This document shows positions 1-9,366 of a stretch of DNA of 64,000 bases, piece after piece. The DNA lies in the IMG/VR virus record IMGVR_UViG_3300033148_006048; one strand, given 5' to 3'. Position numbers and translations under genes: made by a program. The notes beneath the pieces were generated by a model, which saw only the letters and a program-made list of their open reading frames with translations, was not told where the DNA came from and did no database searches. This DNA is from an uncultured virus (IMG/VR IMGVR_UViG_3300033148_006048). Taxonomy: Duplodnaviria; Heunggongvirae; Uroviricota; Caudoviricetes. How positions within the stretch are numbered: the stretch's first letter is position 1; each line of letters opens with the position of its first letter.

Positions 1-412
1 ACTTTGCCCAAGCTGGCTGTCTAATCTTTTCATATTCTGCTAAAGCTGACTGTCTAATCTTCTTATATTCTGTCCAAGCTGACTGTTCAATCTTTTCATA
101 TTCTGCTAAAGCTGGCTTAGACAACATATCAACTGGAATACCAAAATAAACAGAATTGAATTTACCCTCTAATAAAGCAACAGCAATATCTTCAGGAAAA
201 TTATCAGGATTTGAAAAGTCAGTAACTTTTCTATCTTTACCACCTTTGTAATCTTCACTGCCGAAAAAATAACGCCTACAAGCTCCATGTCCCTGTACAT
301 CTTCTTTAGCACAATACTTTATCAATGCTTTACCTTTTTTAGTTTTTAATTCTTCAGTGGTTAGAAAATAGTTTTTGTTGTCTTTTTCTATCCAACTTAC
401 TAATTCACACAT
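1..412 (-). CDS. Hypothetical phage protein with an 11-aa tandem helical repeat (partial, runs off the window edge)
   Basis: Manual translation from ATG at 412: MCELVSWIEKD...PALAEYEKIEQSAWTEYKKIRQSALAEYEKIRQPAWAK; 33-bp repeat period visible at 1-117. Confidence 0.75.
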   Translation of the reverse strand, partial: MCELVSWIEKDNKNYFLTTEELKTKKGKALIKYCAKEDVQGHGACRRYFFGSEDYKGGKDRKVTDFSNPDNFPEDIAVALLEGKFNSVYFGIPVDMLSKPALAEYEKIEQSAWTEYKKIRQSALAEYEKIRQPAWAK

Positions 413-550
413 AGGTTTATTACTTTAATAATCTCTACCTAATTTAATAAATTTTACCCCTTCTCGGCGGGCTGAGGATAGGAAAAGAAAGGAGGATTTC
501 TTTAGGTCTAATGACTAAAACCTACCTCAAGCCCCGCCAGGAACGAACCA

Positions 551-1690
551 CTACCGCTTAAAAAATATTTTGTTGTAATTAACAACTCCTTTGCGCGGGT
601 GGACTAAAAATATAATTTGCGTCTCTTCGCTACTCATACCGAGCGTCCTTTGCGCCCAGTCGTCCCCAGAAAGAAATGTGCCATTGCTGATAACCTCAAA
701 ATTATTCCAGACGAAATTAATCGGCGTGTGGAAGTGGCCAGTCACAAGATAATCCCAACTATCCTTAATACTGCCTTGCCATCTCATACCCTTTTGTGTA
801 AGCCCGTAAAATGGCAAATTCATCCACATTTTAACTTGGTCGCCGTGTATTAAAAGAAATTTCCACTTAAATATTTGAACAATCTTATACCACTCCCAAG
901 TAATATCCCACTTAACATTATTAACGTTTTGTGTTGCGCTTTTCAAAAATTCATAAAGTATCAAATCCCAGTTAACTTCCTGCGCGTCAAACTTTGAATT
1001 CCGGCCGTGATTCCCCTTAACACAATGAACGTGTATCTCGCTAAAAAACGGTGATAAACTTTTCAAAAAATCTCCAATCACCGGCATTCCCCATAAAAAT
1101 ATCTGCTTCATCTTGCTTCCACCAATCTCAAAAGGCTGTCCCGGATATATAGCGTCCCCGTCAACCCAATCTCCAAGCCCAAAAATGTGAAGTTCTCTAA
1201 TGTTCCTATTCTGACTAAAAATATCTCTCATCCTCACAATCCTATCTGCCATAATTCCCATTCTTTCTTTGAAAACTGCGACATTGTAATTTGTTGTAAT
1301 CCTCCCAATATGTAAATCCGAAAGCTCAACAACCATCACCTCTTCATCTTTCGTTTTACTCTTGTCAACAACAACCTCTCGGCTTTCGTATTTAATTTTC
1401 GGCACCAATTCGCTAAGCTTGTCAATAATAAGACGCGTCCCAGCCGCCTCTCTAAGTAATTCTTTATAAACTTTATCTTTTGCCTTTTGCGATAGCTTCC
1501 TTTTTTCAGCATTAATAAAGTCTTGCTCCGTCTGCGGTTGCGGTTCAAGCTTAACCCCTTGCCTATACATTTGTTTTTCAACTGCCCTAACGCTTCGTTT
1601 AAGTTCCCTCGCAATCTCTAAAATCGTCCAACCTTCTTTGCGTCTGCTAACAGCGAAATCAATCTCCTTTTTTGTCCATTTTTGTTGCAT
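551..1690 (-). CDS. Calcineurin-like metallophosphoesterase with N-terminal HTH
   Basis: Motifs SDLH, GDWVDG, GNHG, HGD, GHFH; N-terminal EIARELKRS helix-turn-helix. Confidence 0.85.
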   Translation of the reverse strand: MQQKWTKKEIDFAVSRRKEGWTILEIARELKRSVRAVEKQMYRQGVKLEPQPQTEQDFINAEKRKLSQKAKDKVYKELLREAAGTRLIIDKLSELVPKIKYESREVVVDKSKTKDEEVMVVELSDLHIGRITTNYNVAVFKERMGIMADRIVRMRDIFSQNRNIRELHIFGLGDWVDGDAIYPGQPFEIGGSKMKQIFLWGMPVIGDFLKSLSPFFSEIHVHCVKGNHGRNSKFDAQEVNWDLILYEFLKSATQNVNNVKWDITWEWYKIVQIFKWKFLLIHGDQVKMWMNLPFYGLTQKGMRWQGSIKDSWDYLVTGHFHTPINFVWNNFEVISNGTFLSGDDWAQRTLGMSSEETQIIFLVHPRKGVVNYNKIFFKR

Positions 1691-1877
1691 CTCTCAACGT
1701 CAATAAATATACTAGCAAGTCTATCGCCTCATTAATAGACTCATCAATTAACTCTCTATTTTTCAAATGTAATAAATCTCCATTGTGTTCCTCTGCTCCC
1801 TTCCGGTATTTATAATCAAGCCGACCGTCAATCATGTTCTTAATTCTCTTTAAATGCGCTTCCTGTTCTTTTTTCAT
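1659..1877 (-). CDS. Hypothetical protein
   Basis: 72-aa ORF overlapping both neighbours in a coupled minus-strand operon. Confidence 0.65.
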   Translation of the reverse strand: MKKEQEAHLKRIKNMIDGRLDYKYRKGAEEHNGDLLHLKNRELIDESINEAIDLLVYLLTLRDATKMDKKGD

Positions 1878-2140
1878 AAATTGTCCTTATAAACTTGATA
1901 TAAAAGCATCGACAAAGACGCCACAATCTCGTCGTTCAAATCCGGATTACAAGCGTGAATAACCTCGTGTAAAAGCGTCTCTTCCGTTACACTCTCCGAC
2001 ATACCAACTCTTAATTTAATAATTCCGGTCGCGTTGTTACATTCTCCGCAGTCTTCCAAATCTTCAACGAAAAGAATCTTATACCTGTGTCCGCCTATCT
2101 TTAATTCTTTTAAGCTGAATACGTCGCTTTTTTTTCTCAT
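1874..2140 (-). CDS. Small HEXXH zinc metallopeptidase-like protein
   Basis: ETLLHEVIHA motif. Confidence 0.7.
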   Translation of the reverse strand: MRKKSDVFSLKELKIGGHRYKILFVEDLEDCGECNNATGIIKLRVGMSESVTEETLLHEVIHACNPDLNDEIVASLSMLLYQVYKDNL

Positions 2141-2201
2141 ATTTATATTTCTTCTTTGGTCTCCCTCCTCGTTTTATTTGTACATTCTGCCTCGCCATTT
2201 A

Positions 2202-2444
2202 TCATAAAATTATATAGTCAGTCCCTTCCAAATCTCCTTTGCTTAAAACCCATTGATATTTTTTTCCACCGGGCTTCCGCAAAAGCAAAATTTCGTCCTT
2301 CAAATAAACATAATACCCTTTGTCTTCCCATTCAAGCTTGTGAACCTTCTTACCTTCCAAAAGCGCACCAATTATCTGATTAAAATTTAAAGTCTTTTGT
2401 TTGTTATCTTTTTTTTCAAAGACTGGGCTTGTTGTTGTTTCCAT
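2202..2444 (-). CDS. DUF2829 / Tad2-like putative anti-defence sponge protein
   Basis: F..(A)L.EGKKV..xW..KG and W.LS..DL..TDY pattern recalled for DUF2829. Confidence 0.55.
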   Translation of the reverse strand: METTTSPVFEKKDNKQKTLNFNQIIGALLEGKKVHKLEWEDKGYYVYLKDEILLLRKPGGKKYQWVLSKGDLEGTDYIIL

Positions 2445-2446
2445 AC

Positions 2447-2944
2447 TTATTTCCTTAATTTAATTAGTAATTTTTCAAAAGCCTCAACTTCAATTTCAAC
2501 TTCTTCCTCCTTAACGAAATTTTTTATATATCCCTTAAAAGCGTCCAAAATTTCCTCAAGCCGATAGATTACTCTCGGTGTTCCCTTCTTCTCGTTTTGG
2601 TTGACGAGGTATTTCTGCCGTATTTTATACCAACTTACCGTCTTGTCAAAAGTTTCCAAAACGTCGGAAAGTTTGTTGAACATCTCGCAAATTTTCAAAC
2701 AATCATATAAATCGCTTTTGCTAATTCCAATATCCTGCGCAAGCTGTAAAATAAACTCTCCGCTCCCGTGGGCGAATTTCTTATAATGTTCGTCGTTTAA
2801 AATCCGCTTGCCAATCTCCCACTTGCCTTCAATAATTTCCATCTTAGCGTTGAAGCTCTTTTCAACAACCATAGCACGGCAATCCGCAACAATGGATTCA
2901 TACCAATCGGTTGACTTATAATCTACTAAAGATTTTTCTGTCAT
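2447..2944 (-). CDS. Hypothetical protein, DUF1016 N-terminal-like
   Basis: W.IGKRI...G..FI.QLA.D...SW pattern. Confidence 0.55.
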   Translation of the reverse strand: MTEKSLVDYKSTDWYESIVADCRAMVVEKSFNAKMEIIEGKWEIGKRILNDEHYKKFAHGSGEFILQLAQDIGISKSDLYDCLKICEMFNKLSDVLETFDKTVSWYKIRQKYLVNQNEKKGTPRVIYRLEEILDAFKGYIKNFVKEEEVEIEVEAFEKLLIKLRK

Positions 2945-3010
2945 AATTTATTATTAAATAATTCACTACTGCCCCCTAAATCCCAACCAAAACTAGGGGC
3001 AGAAAGTCAA

Positions 3011-3376
3011 TTATTTAATTATGACAACAGTAACAACACCATTGGAATGCTTTGCCAATGGTTGAATTGAGTAAATGCCGGGCTCAAGTTCAATCACCAC
3101 AGTATGGTAAGTTACAACATTATCATCGACTACCAAATTTTCCTCGTTGGTCTTCATGTTTGTGACCAGAATGGTTGATTCGCAAAATTGTGTAGTCAAA
3201 TAATTAACTGTAACTTCATTACCTGTTTTTGTAACCAAATAATTATATTTGCTAACAAAAGTTTTCCACCAATCAGGATAAGAACCTACTATCTTCTCCT
3301 CTTCAACTGTACTAGCAAACACAATAGATGGCAATAAAATGCTAACAAGCAATAAAGCGATTAATAATTTTCTCAT
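3011..3376 (-). CDS. Hypothetical secreted protein (probable start MRKLL at 3376)
   Basis: Signal-peptide-like MRKLLIALLLVSILLPSIVFA. Confidence 0.65.
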   Translation of the reverse strand: MRKLLIALLLVSILLPSIVFASTVEEEKIVGSYPDWWKTFVSKYNYLVTKTGNEVTVNYLTTQFCESTILVTNMKTNEENLVVDDNVVTYHTVVIELEPGIYSIQPLAKHSNGVVTVVIIK

Positions 3377-3412
3377 ATTTTTTATTTTAGTGAATAAATA
3401 TATCAACGACCT

Positions 3413-3745
3413 TTAAGAATAATATTCAATATGGTCTAATATAAACTTCTCATCCTTCTTCGTTAATTTATAACCATTTCTTAAAAGAAACCTTAATGTC
3501 TTTTGGCACATCATTTTTTTATCTTCCTCAGTAAAATGATGTCCATCTCCAATATGACAAGTCATGTTACAAATCGGAGCCGCGTTCAACGGGCTATCCG
3601 CTTCTTCAAACTCTCCACCGAATATATGATGAAGTGCGTCCCAAGTATTCTGTCCGCAAATCCAACACTGGTAATTATACAGAAATAACGCTCGCGTCTT
3701 TTCCGAAAAATTCTTTTGGTATCGTTTAACTCTTTTCTTTATCAT
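3413..3745 (-). CDS. HNH-like zinc-binding nuclease-fold protein
   Basis: CWICG..HHI..N..PIC..CH. Confidence 0.65.
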   Translation of the reverse strand: MIKKRVKRYQKNFSEKTRALFLYNYQCWICGQNTWDALHHIFGGEFEEADSPLNAAPICNMTCHIGDGHHFTEEDKKMMCQKTLRFLLRNGYKLTKKDEKFILDHIEYYS

Positions 3746-3871
3746 TAAAAAATACTAAATCCCATTTCTCGACATTCCTGCCATTGTAAAACAGTCCACC
3801 AAGCCACCAAACCAATAATCACAATAAAGAAAAGCGCGCATAAAATGTAATAAATTGGACTCTCTTCCATA

Positions 3872-4234
3872 TTATTCTATGTCAATAATTATTTTATTTT
3901 TATCTCCGGCCTCAAGTTTAATGTGTAAACTCTCAACCCACTTAATCGAATCGTCCACCAAAACCCCATGCTCAACCAGCGCGTCAATAATCGGCTTAAC
4001 ACAAACTCCATCAACGTCCGGTGTTCTCCCTCTGCCTTTTTTATAGGTAACCAAAAAGGAAAGGTCAACTTTCCTTTTAAACGGCAAGCTTGGTTTGTCC
4101 TCGACCTGATAAATCGCCCAACCAACAAGGTCTTTCCAAATATCAAAAAGACGCTTCTTAGCCCCCCAATGTCTTGCTGTCTTGGTAATAATTTCATTCC
4201 AAGTTACGTATTTTTCCTCCAATTCTATTTTCAT
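3872..4234 (-). CDS. rusA: RusA-family Holliday junction resolvase
   Basis: PDVDG..KPIIDAL...GVLVDDS acidic motif. Confidence 0.8.
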   Translation of the reverse strand: MKIELEEKYVTWNEIITKTARHWGAKKRLFDIWKDLVGWAIYQVEDKPSLPFKRKVDLSFLVTYKKGRGRTPDVDGVCVKPIIDALVEHGVLVDDSIKWVESLHIKLEAGDKNKIIIDIE

Positions 4235-4236
4235 AA

Positions 4237-5457
4237 TTATCCTTTAATTACAGCTAATGGAGTTAATTCAACTTCAATTTTAACTAAGTCTTTTTGATTT
4301 TCCATTACAACATCAATATCTTTATAAGCAGAACTTGCCTCATCCAAATCTTGTTGATTTCTAATACCATGAATAATTCCTTGCTCGTCTAATTTTCTTT
4401 TTTCTTCTTCGAGATTAAGTTCTTTTCTAGCCTTGCTACGAGACATTCTTCTGCCAGCCCCGTGACTGCAAGAGTTAAAACTATCGGGGTTACCAAGACC
4501 ACGAACAATATAGGACTTGCTTCCCTGTGAGCCAGGTATAATGCCAATAGTATCACTGCTAGCAAGAGTAGCACCCTTACGATGAACCATAACATTTTGA
4601 CCAAAATGATTTTCCATTTTTGCATAGTTATGTGCGATATTAATTATTTCATCAAAATCAATTCCACTAACTCTCTCACCCACTTTTGTTTGACCATCAA
4701 AAGTATCGGCAAATATATTTTGTATTCTTCCCATCATTAATTTTCTATTAGATAAAGCAAAATCAACACAATATTGCATTTCACTTAAATATGCTTGACC
4801 TTCTTTGCTATCTAAGGGCAGGAAAGCTAAATCCCAACTAGGTGGAACTTCACTCTGCCATTTTTTGTTTAACTCCTTAGCCAATTTATTATAATGACTC
4901 GCAACTTTCAATCCGATATTTCTGCTACCGCTATGTATCATAATCCAAATATGCCCATCAGACCCTTTCTGAATTTCAATAAAATGATTACCACCTCCAA
5001 GAGTTCCAATCTGTCTTAATGCTGAGTTAAATTCTTGATTCACAATCATTTCATCTGACTCATCATCAGTCAAGCCATTATTAAACTTACCAATACTTGG
5101 CATTAAGCTTTCATTTTGTTTTTCCTTATGATGACTAAATCCAACAGGTACAGCTTTATGAATCTCGCCCATTATTTTTTTCAATGTATCAACATCTATT
5201 TCAGTCAAAGAAGTCCTAACGGCACACATCCCACAACCAATATCAACACCAACTGCGTTAGGCACGACAACACCTTTAGTAGCCATCACACCTCCAATCG
5301 GCATACCATATCCCTCATGAGCATCCGGCATAATAGCAATATGTTTGAAAGCAAAAGGCAAGTTAGCCAAATTTGAGGCTTGGTCTATTGCCCCGCTTTC
5401 ACAATCATCAAGCCAAAGCTTAATCGGTATTTTATTTTTCGAGATTACTTTTTTCAT
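4237..5457 (-). CDS. rtcB: RtcB RNA ligase
   Basis: MPDAH.G, VGVDIGCG, GTLGGGNHF, IHSGSR, HRKGA, SHGAGR, AYKD motifs all intact. Confidence 0.96.
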   Translation of the reverse strand: MKKVISKNKIPIKLWLDDCESGAIDQASNLANLPFAFKHIAIMPDAHEGYGMPIGGVMATKGVVVPNAVGVDIGCGMCAVRTSLTEIDVDTLKKIMGEIHKAVPVGFSHHKEKQNESLMPSIGKFNNGLTDDESDEMIVNQEFNSALRQIGTLGGGNHFIEIQKGSDGHIWIMIHSGSRNIGLKVASHYNKLAKELNKKWQSEVPPSWDLAFLPLDSKEGQAYLSEMQYCVDFALSNRKLMMGRIQNIFADTFDGQTKVGERVSGIDFDEIINIAHNYAKMENHFGQNVMVHRKGATLASSDTIGIIPGSQGSKSYIVRGLGNPDSFNSCSHGAGRRMSRSKARKELNLEEEKRKLDEQGIIHGIRNQQDLDEASSAYKDIDVVMENQKDLVKIEVELTPLAVIKG

Positions 5458-6914
5458 TTCACTTTAATAACGGAATATCTCTCAGAATTAATCGTCTCAA
5501 GCATAACTTCTTCTGGTGTTTTGTTTTCAACCGCAATCTTAAAGATAACCGGTGACAATCCTGAAACCATTGAAACACCTTGCTCGTTTTTGGTAACTGG
5601 CACATTCTGACCACTTCTAGCATCAACATTCCAAAACACTAAATTAGGTAATTTGTAACCAGCCTCTTTGTACTTGTCCTGAATATGCTGGAAATTAGTA
5701 CAATGGGTACAACAACTATCGAACTCCATGTCTGAAATAATGTAAATAGTCTCTGGCATTTCCTCTGCCGGTGTATTTTTATCTATTGCTGTATTCAAAA
5801 CCAAATCAAATACGGCCTGTAAATTAGTATTCATTCCCCAATCTGCTCTCTCAATGCTATTCATTTTGTCCAGCAAAGTATCACCCTTAACCGCTTGTAA
5901 TTTTGGCCTTTCGCTAAAAGTAATAAAGTAATTCTGAAACTGTCCCTTATTTCTCTCGGCAAAATACAAAGCCAAAGAAACCGAAACTGACATAGGGTCA
6001 CCATACATTGAACCTGAAACGTCCGCAACAACTAAAGCATTCTTGCCCTGCGTATAATCTGGCAACTGATTCCAAAGCGCCTCAAGTGTCTTAGAATAAT
6101 CCTGATTAGCTGTCTTGTAAATCTGGTATGGATACAATGTTTTTGCCTGAATCTTAACTTCTCCCTTCTCGGCCTTTTCAATAAAAGCATTATATCGTTC
6201 CTCGTCATGCTTTTTAAATGCGTTTCGGTAAATTCTAGAAGCCTGACTTGGAACCTGAGAATAATTAATATCGCTCCACTTTTGCGCTGACATCTTTTCT
6301 TCAACTGCCTTAATCTGTTTTCTAATTTTTCTAACCATTTTTCTATATTCAACCTCGCCCAATCCTAACTTCTTAGCCATAAACAAAGCTTTAGCTTTTG
6401 TAGTTCTACTAGAAGCATTAATTGTAGGCAACCATTTTGCCAATAAAGTTGGAGTTTCACTACCTGAATCAACCTTCAACTGTTTGCTAACTAAATCAAA
6501 ACATTTCTGGTTGTCGAAAAATAAATCGTCCCATCTCCCATATTCTGAAACGTGTCCAACAATCTGCTCGAACACTTCCGGAACATCTGTTCCCAACCAT
6601 TCTAAACAATTTCTAAATAAATCTCTCTCTCCTTGTCCGCCTCGAACGTCTCTCAAATAAAATAAAATCCGCACGGCCTTTTCTCTATCCTCGGCAAATG
6701 CCTTTTTGAATAATTCTAAAGCCTGCTCCGGGTTTTTTCTCATTGCCCCGGCTTGCGCATAAAAATCCAAAAGATTTGAACCTGAACGGGTATAAGTAAC
6801 CGCCATGTTCTCGGTCAATCCTTTTGAAGTTTCATCATACATACCATTAATCAAACTGTTGTCTGACTCTGGTACCTTCTTTGGTTCTGGTTTAATTTCG
6901 TTTAAATGTCTCAT
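5454..6914 (-). CDS. DUF2828-family Ro60/TROVE-like protein with C-terminal vWA domain
   Basis: RDVRGG.GER, YGRWDD, AKWLP, LYPY, MIDAS DVSGSM, SDMEFD, VFWNV; ATGA overlap with rtcB. Confidence 0.8.
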   Translation of the reverse strand: MRHLNEIKPEPKKVPESDNSLINGMYDETSKGLTENMAVTYTRSGSNLLDFYAQAGAMRKNPEQALELFKKAFAEDREKAVRILFYLRDVRGGQGERDLFRNCLEWLGTDVPEVFEQIVGHVSEYGRWDDLFFDNQKCFDLVSKQLKVDSGSETPTLLAKWLPTINASSRTTKAKALFMAKKLGLGEVEYRKMVRKIRKQIKAVEEKMSAQKWSDINYSQVPSQASRIYRNAFKKHDEERYNAFIEKAEKGEVKIQAKTLYPYQIYKTANQDYSKTLEALWNQLPDYTQGKNALVVADVSGSMYGDPMSVSVSLALYFAERNKGQFQNYFITFSERPKLQAVKGDTLLDKMNSIERADWGMNTNLQAVFDLVLNTAIDKNTPAEEMPETIYIISDMEFDSCCTHCTNFQHIQDKYKEAGYKLPNLVFWNVDARSGQNVPVTKNEQGVSMVSGLSPVIFKIAVENKTPEEVMLETINSERYSVIKVK

Positions 6915-6929
6915 ACATTTTTTTCTCCC

Positions 6930-7117
6930 AAGACCCGTTTAAACAATTCAATTTGACATTGAGTTTTTAAGTTGATTTGCTGTTAGGGTCTTTTAATTAT
7001 TATTATTTAAACACGACTCATTTAAAACATAATGGAGTTTTTGTAATGCTGTTAGAGTCGTAAATTTTTAAACAAGACGCATTTATGTTATAGCCAACAA
7101 AGTATGCTGTAAGCGTC
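6930..7117 (-). ncRNA. Three tandem copies of a covarying RNA stem motif (6930-6992, 7013-7061, 7076-7117)
   Basis: Stems GACCC/GGGUC, GACUC/GAGUC and GACGC/GCGUC, each followed by UWACAGCA and closed after UAAAY. Confidence 0.65.
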
Positions 7118-7188
7118 GTTATGGTAGCCGGCTTGGTGAGCCTATTGGAGGTTAAGCCCACCGAGCCGACCGCCAAGGCCGGCATAAA

Positions 7189-7305
7189 TTAAGCTGGGTC
7201 TTCTTCGGAACCTTCCTCTGAACCTTCTTCTGAACCTTCTTCAGAAGCTTCCTCAGCAGCAACAGCTTCCTCTTCAGTATTTTCGTTTTTTTCATCTTCG
7301 AACAT
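7189..7305 (-). CDS. 38-aa extremely acidic peptide
   Basis: Manual translation MFEDEKNENTEEEAVAAEEASEEGSEEGSEEGSEEDPA; 12-bp repeat with synonymous variation. Confidence 0.7.
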   Translation of the reverse strand: MFEDEKNENTEEEAVAAEEASEEGSEEGSEEGSEEDPA

Positions 7306-7336
7306 AATGTTTGAATTATGAATTAAACTATTTTAA

Positions 7337-8134
7337 TTACACCGAAAGCTTTTTAATCAAAGTGTTTTTCATTTCACTAAGCTTTTTTCTTGCTCCCTCC
7401 GGTGTAGCTTTCATAGCGTCTGCCTTTTTCATATCTTCCTCAAGTTTTTTTTGTTGCGCGTCAATACCTCGTTTTTCAATAATTCTTGCGTCTGGCCTTG
7501 TTTTTTCAAGCCAATTCGTAAATGCCACAATCGGCCGTTTAATCTGCCTATTCGATTCGTTCCACCAGCAAACCATCTTCTGAAGCTGAAATTCATAGTC
7601 CCGGTCTGGAAAACGCGCCTTAATATCTCCCCAGCGCCTACTTTCTACCACGGCCTTCTTTACCTCTAAAAAGTCATTTTTTTCTTTCGTCGCTTTAGTA
7701 TTGTTATTAAGTATTGTTTTATTAGTATTGTTCGTGGTGCCCATTTGATACCCCCCCCGGTGCCCATTTGATACCGGTGGGGTATCTTTTTGATACCGGT
7801 ATATTTTTTTAACTGGTTTGCTATCCACAATCTTTAAAAGGACGTATCTATTCTTTTTGCCTGATGTACGTATAACCTTTATGAAAAAATACTCTTCTAA
7901 CTGCTTAATTGCGCGTAAAACGGTTATTCTCTTCAAACTCGTCATCTTTGCTATCGTCTCAACTCCGGGGAACGCTTCTTGCGTCGTATTATTGGCAAAA
8001 TAGGCTAAAGCATGGTAAATAAGCTTAGTAGAAGGATTTAAGTACGGGTGGTCAAGAATCAGCTTATTTACCCAGTAAAATTCTCCATTTCGCTGGTCTC
8101 TAACCTCGAAATTTTCATTTTTATTATCCTCCAT
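7337..8134 (-). CDS. Phage replication initiator, N-terminal winged HTH
   Basis: AFPGVETIA...R.TV.RAIKQLE...I motif; internal iteron-like repeats. Confidence 0.8.
   Translation of the reverse strand: MEDNKNENFEVRDQRNGEFYWVNKLILDHPYLNPSTKLIYHALAYFANNTTQEAFPGVETIAKMTSLKRITVLRAIKQLEEYFFIKVIRTSGKKNRYVLLKIVDSKPVKKIYRYQKDTPPVSNGHRGGYQMGTTNNTNKTILNNNTKATKEKNDFLEVKKAVVESRRWGDIKARFPDRDYEFQLQKMVCWWNESNRQIKRPIVAFTNWLEKTRPDARIIEKRGIDAQQKKLEEDMKKADAMKATPEGARKKLSEMKNTLIKKLSV
7736..7800. repeat. Iteron-like direct repeats, candidate replication origin
   Basis: GGTGCCCATTTGATACC at 7736-7752 and 7759-7775, partial third copy ending at 7800; AT-rich flanks. Confidence 0.65.
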
Positions 8135-8144
8135 GTCTTTTTAC

Positions 8145-8441
8145 TTATTTGAAGATTTTTAAATATTTATCAGTCATCCACAATAAATCCCTGCGTTTTC
8201 CAGTTCTTATCAACAAGTTAATCACTGTTGTATGGTCTCGCTCTAAAAGCCTGCCAATAGCTGATTCGCTTTGTCCTAGCTTATGTAAAACTGAAGCAAT
8301 AACGCAACGCATATCCACTAATTCCGATTTCCTACATCTCCCAGTCACGTCATAAACCGAGACTCCGTGGTCTTCGGAAACTTTTTTTAAAACTTCATTT
8401 GGTAAATTTCCTCCTAATTTCTTGTTTTTCTTGAATATCAT
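8145..8441 (-). CDS. Stand-alone DnaA C-terminal (domain IV) DNA-binding protein
   Basis: R...LV..R.....S...IGR.L.RDHTTV matches the DnaA domain IV signature. Confidence 0.8.
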   Translation of the reverse strand: MIFKKNKKLGGNLPNEVLKKVSEDHGVSVYDVTGRCRKSELVDMRCVIASVLHKLGQSESAIGRLLERDHTTVINLLIRTGKRRDLLWMTDKYLKIFK

Positions 8442-8449
8442 ACGTCTTA

Positions 8450-8492
8450 AGTATAAACCCTAATGGCTTTTTTGTCAAAATACTTATCCACA
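8450..8492 (-). promoter_or_regulatory. Sigma70 promoter with an upstream DnaA box
   Basis: TGTGGATAA-5nt-TTGACA-17nt-TATACT-8nt-ATG. Confidence 0.8.
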
Positions 8493-8546
8493 AGTTATTA
8501 GTACACTTACTGGGACGCGCTTTTTAGACGCGCCCACGTAAAGGAA

Positions 8547-9305
8547 CTAAAACGGAATATCTTCAACATTAACTTCGTCTTTGGCTGGAGGTAAATTCTC
8601 GTCTGCCTGAATAGTTGGTAGTTCTTCGCCCTTCTTTTTTTTGCTGTCATCGAAATCTAGTTTTTCTACATCAATGCCAGCTTCCTGAGCCCCCTTTTTC
8701 TTCATAGCGGTTACAAACCTCTCAGGGTCATTATCGGTGCTAGCAAGAGCTTCCTGTTCTTTTTTCGTCAAGGCTTTACCAATACTACTTGGTACCAAGT
8801 TTGTGGTATAAGTAGTCTTTTTGTTTTTGGTTTCCTTCGTAATCTTGATGTCAAACGCCGGTGAACCATCCTTGTTAAAAGGATACTCCGGGTCTTTAGC
8901 CCATTCGTTTATAACTTTCGCAACTGAATAGGGTAACTTCGCAAGTTTAACTCCCTTGTCACTTCGGTCAATAACGTTACAAACAAACTGAACATTAACC
9001 GTAGGCAGATTAAATATCTGCTTCTTTTTCTCGTCGTCGGCTAAGTCTTGGCGTCCATTGATTTCCGCAACGCTCTTCTCAACCTCAACACACACTTTAC
9101 ACCCCCTGTGCATTCCGAAACAAACAGATGGCTTACCTCCAATCCAATGCTGACCAAGTGGTGCGAAACCAGACACTATCCTAATCTGGTACGTTCCGTC
9201 TTCCTTCAAGTTGAAGTAGTTAGTCTGATAAGTTTTACCAGCACTATACTCTTCATTACTCTGGTCAAAGGCTTTTTCAATGTCCATATTTTTTCTCCCA
9301 GTCAT
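8547..9305 (-). CDS. Single-stranded DNA-binding protein (gp32-like)
   Basis: H..C...C..C zinc site, IRI/NVIDR strands, acidic tail ending VEDIPF. Confidence 0.75.
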   Translation of the reverse strand: MTGRKNMDIEKAFDQSNEEYSAGKTYQTNYFNLKEDGTYQIRIVSGFAPLGQHWIGGKPSVCFGMHRGCKVCVEVEKSVAEINGRQDLADDEKKKQIFNLPTVNVQFVCNVIDRSDKGVKLAKLPYSVAKVINEWAKDPEYPFNKDGSPAFDIKITKETKNKKTTYTTNLVPSSIGKALTKKEQEALASTDNDPERFVTAMKKKGAQEAGIDVEKLDFDDSKKKKGEELPTIQADENLPPAKDEVNVEDIPF

Positions 9306-9366
9306 AAGATTATTTTTGTTTTGTACTTATGACATTAATTAGTTAATTATGTTTTCGACCTTTGAT

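Noticed and set aside
6915..7190. tRNA genes next to rtcB
   Set aside because: No cloverleaf with a T-loop GTTCRA was found by eye; tRNAscan-SE or ARAGORN would settle it
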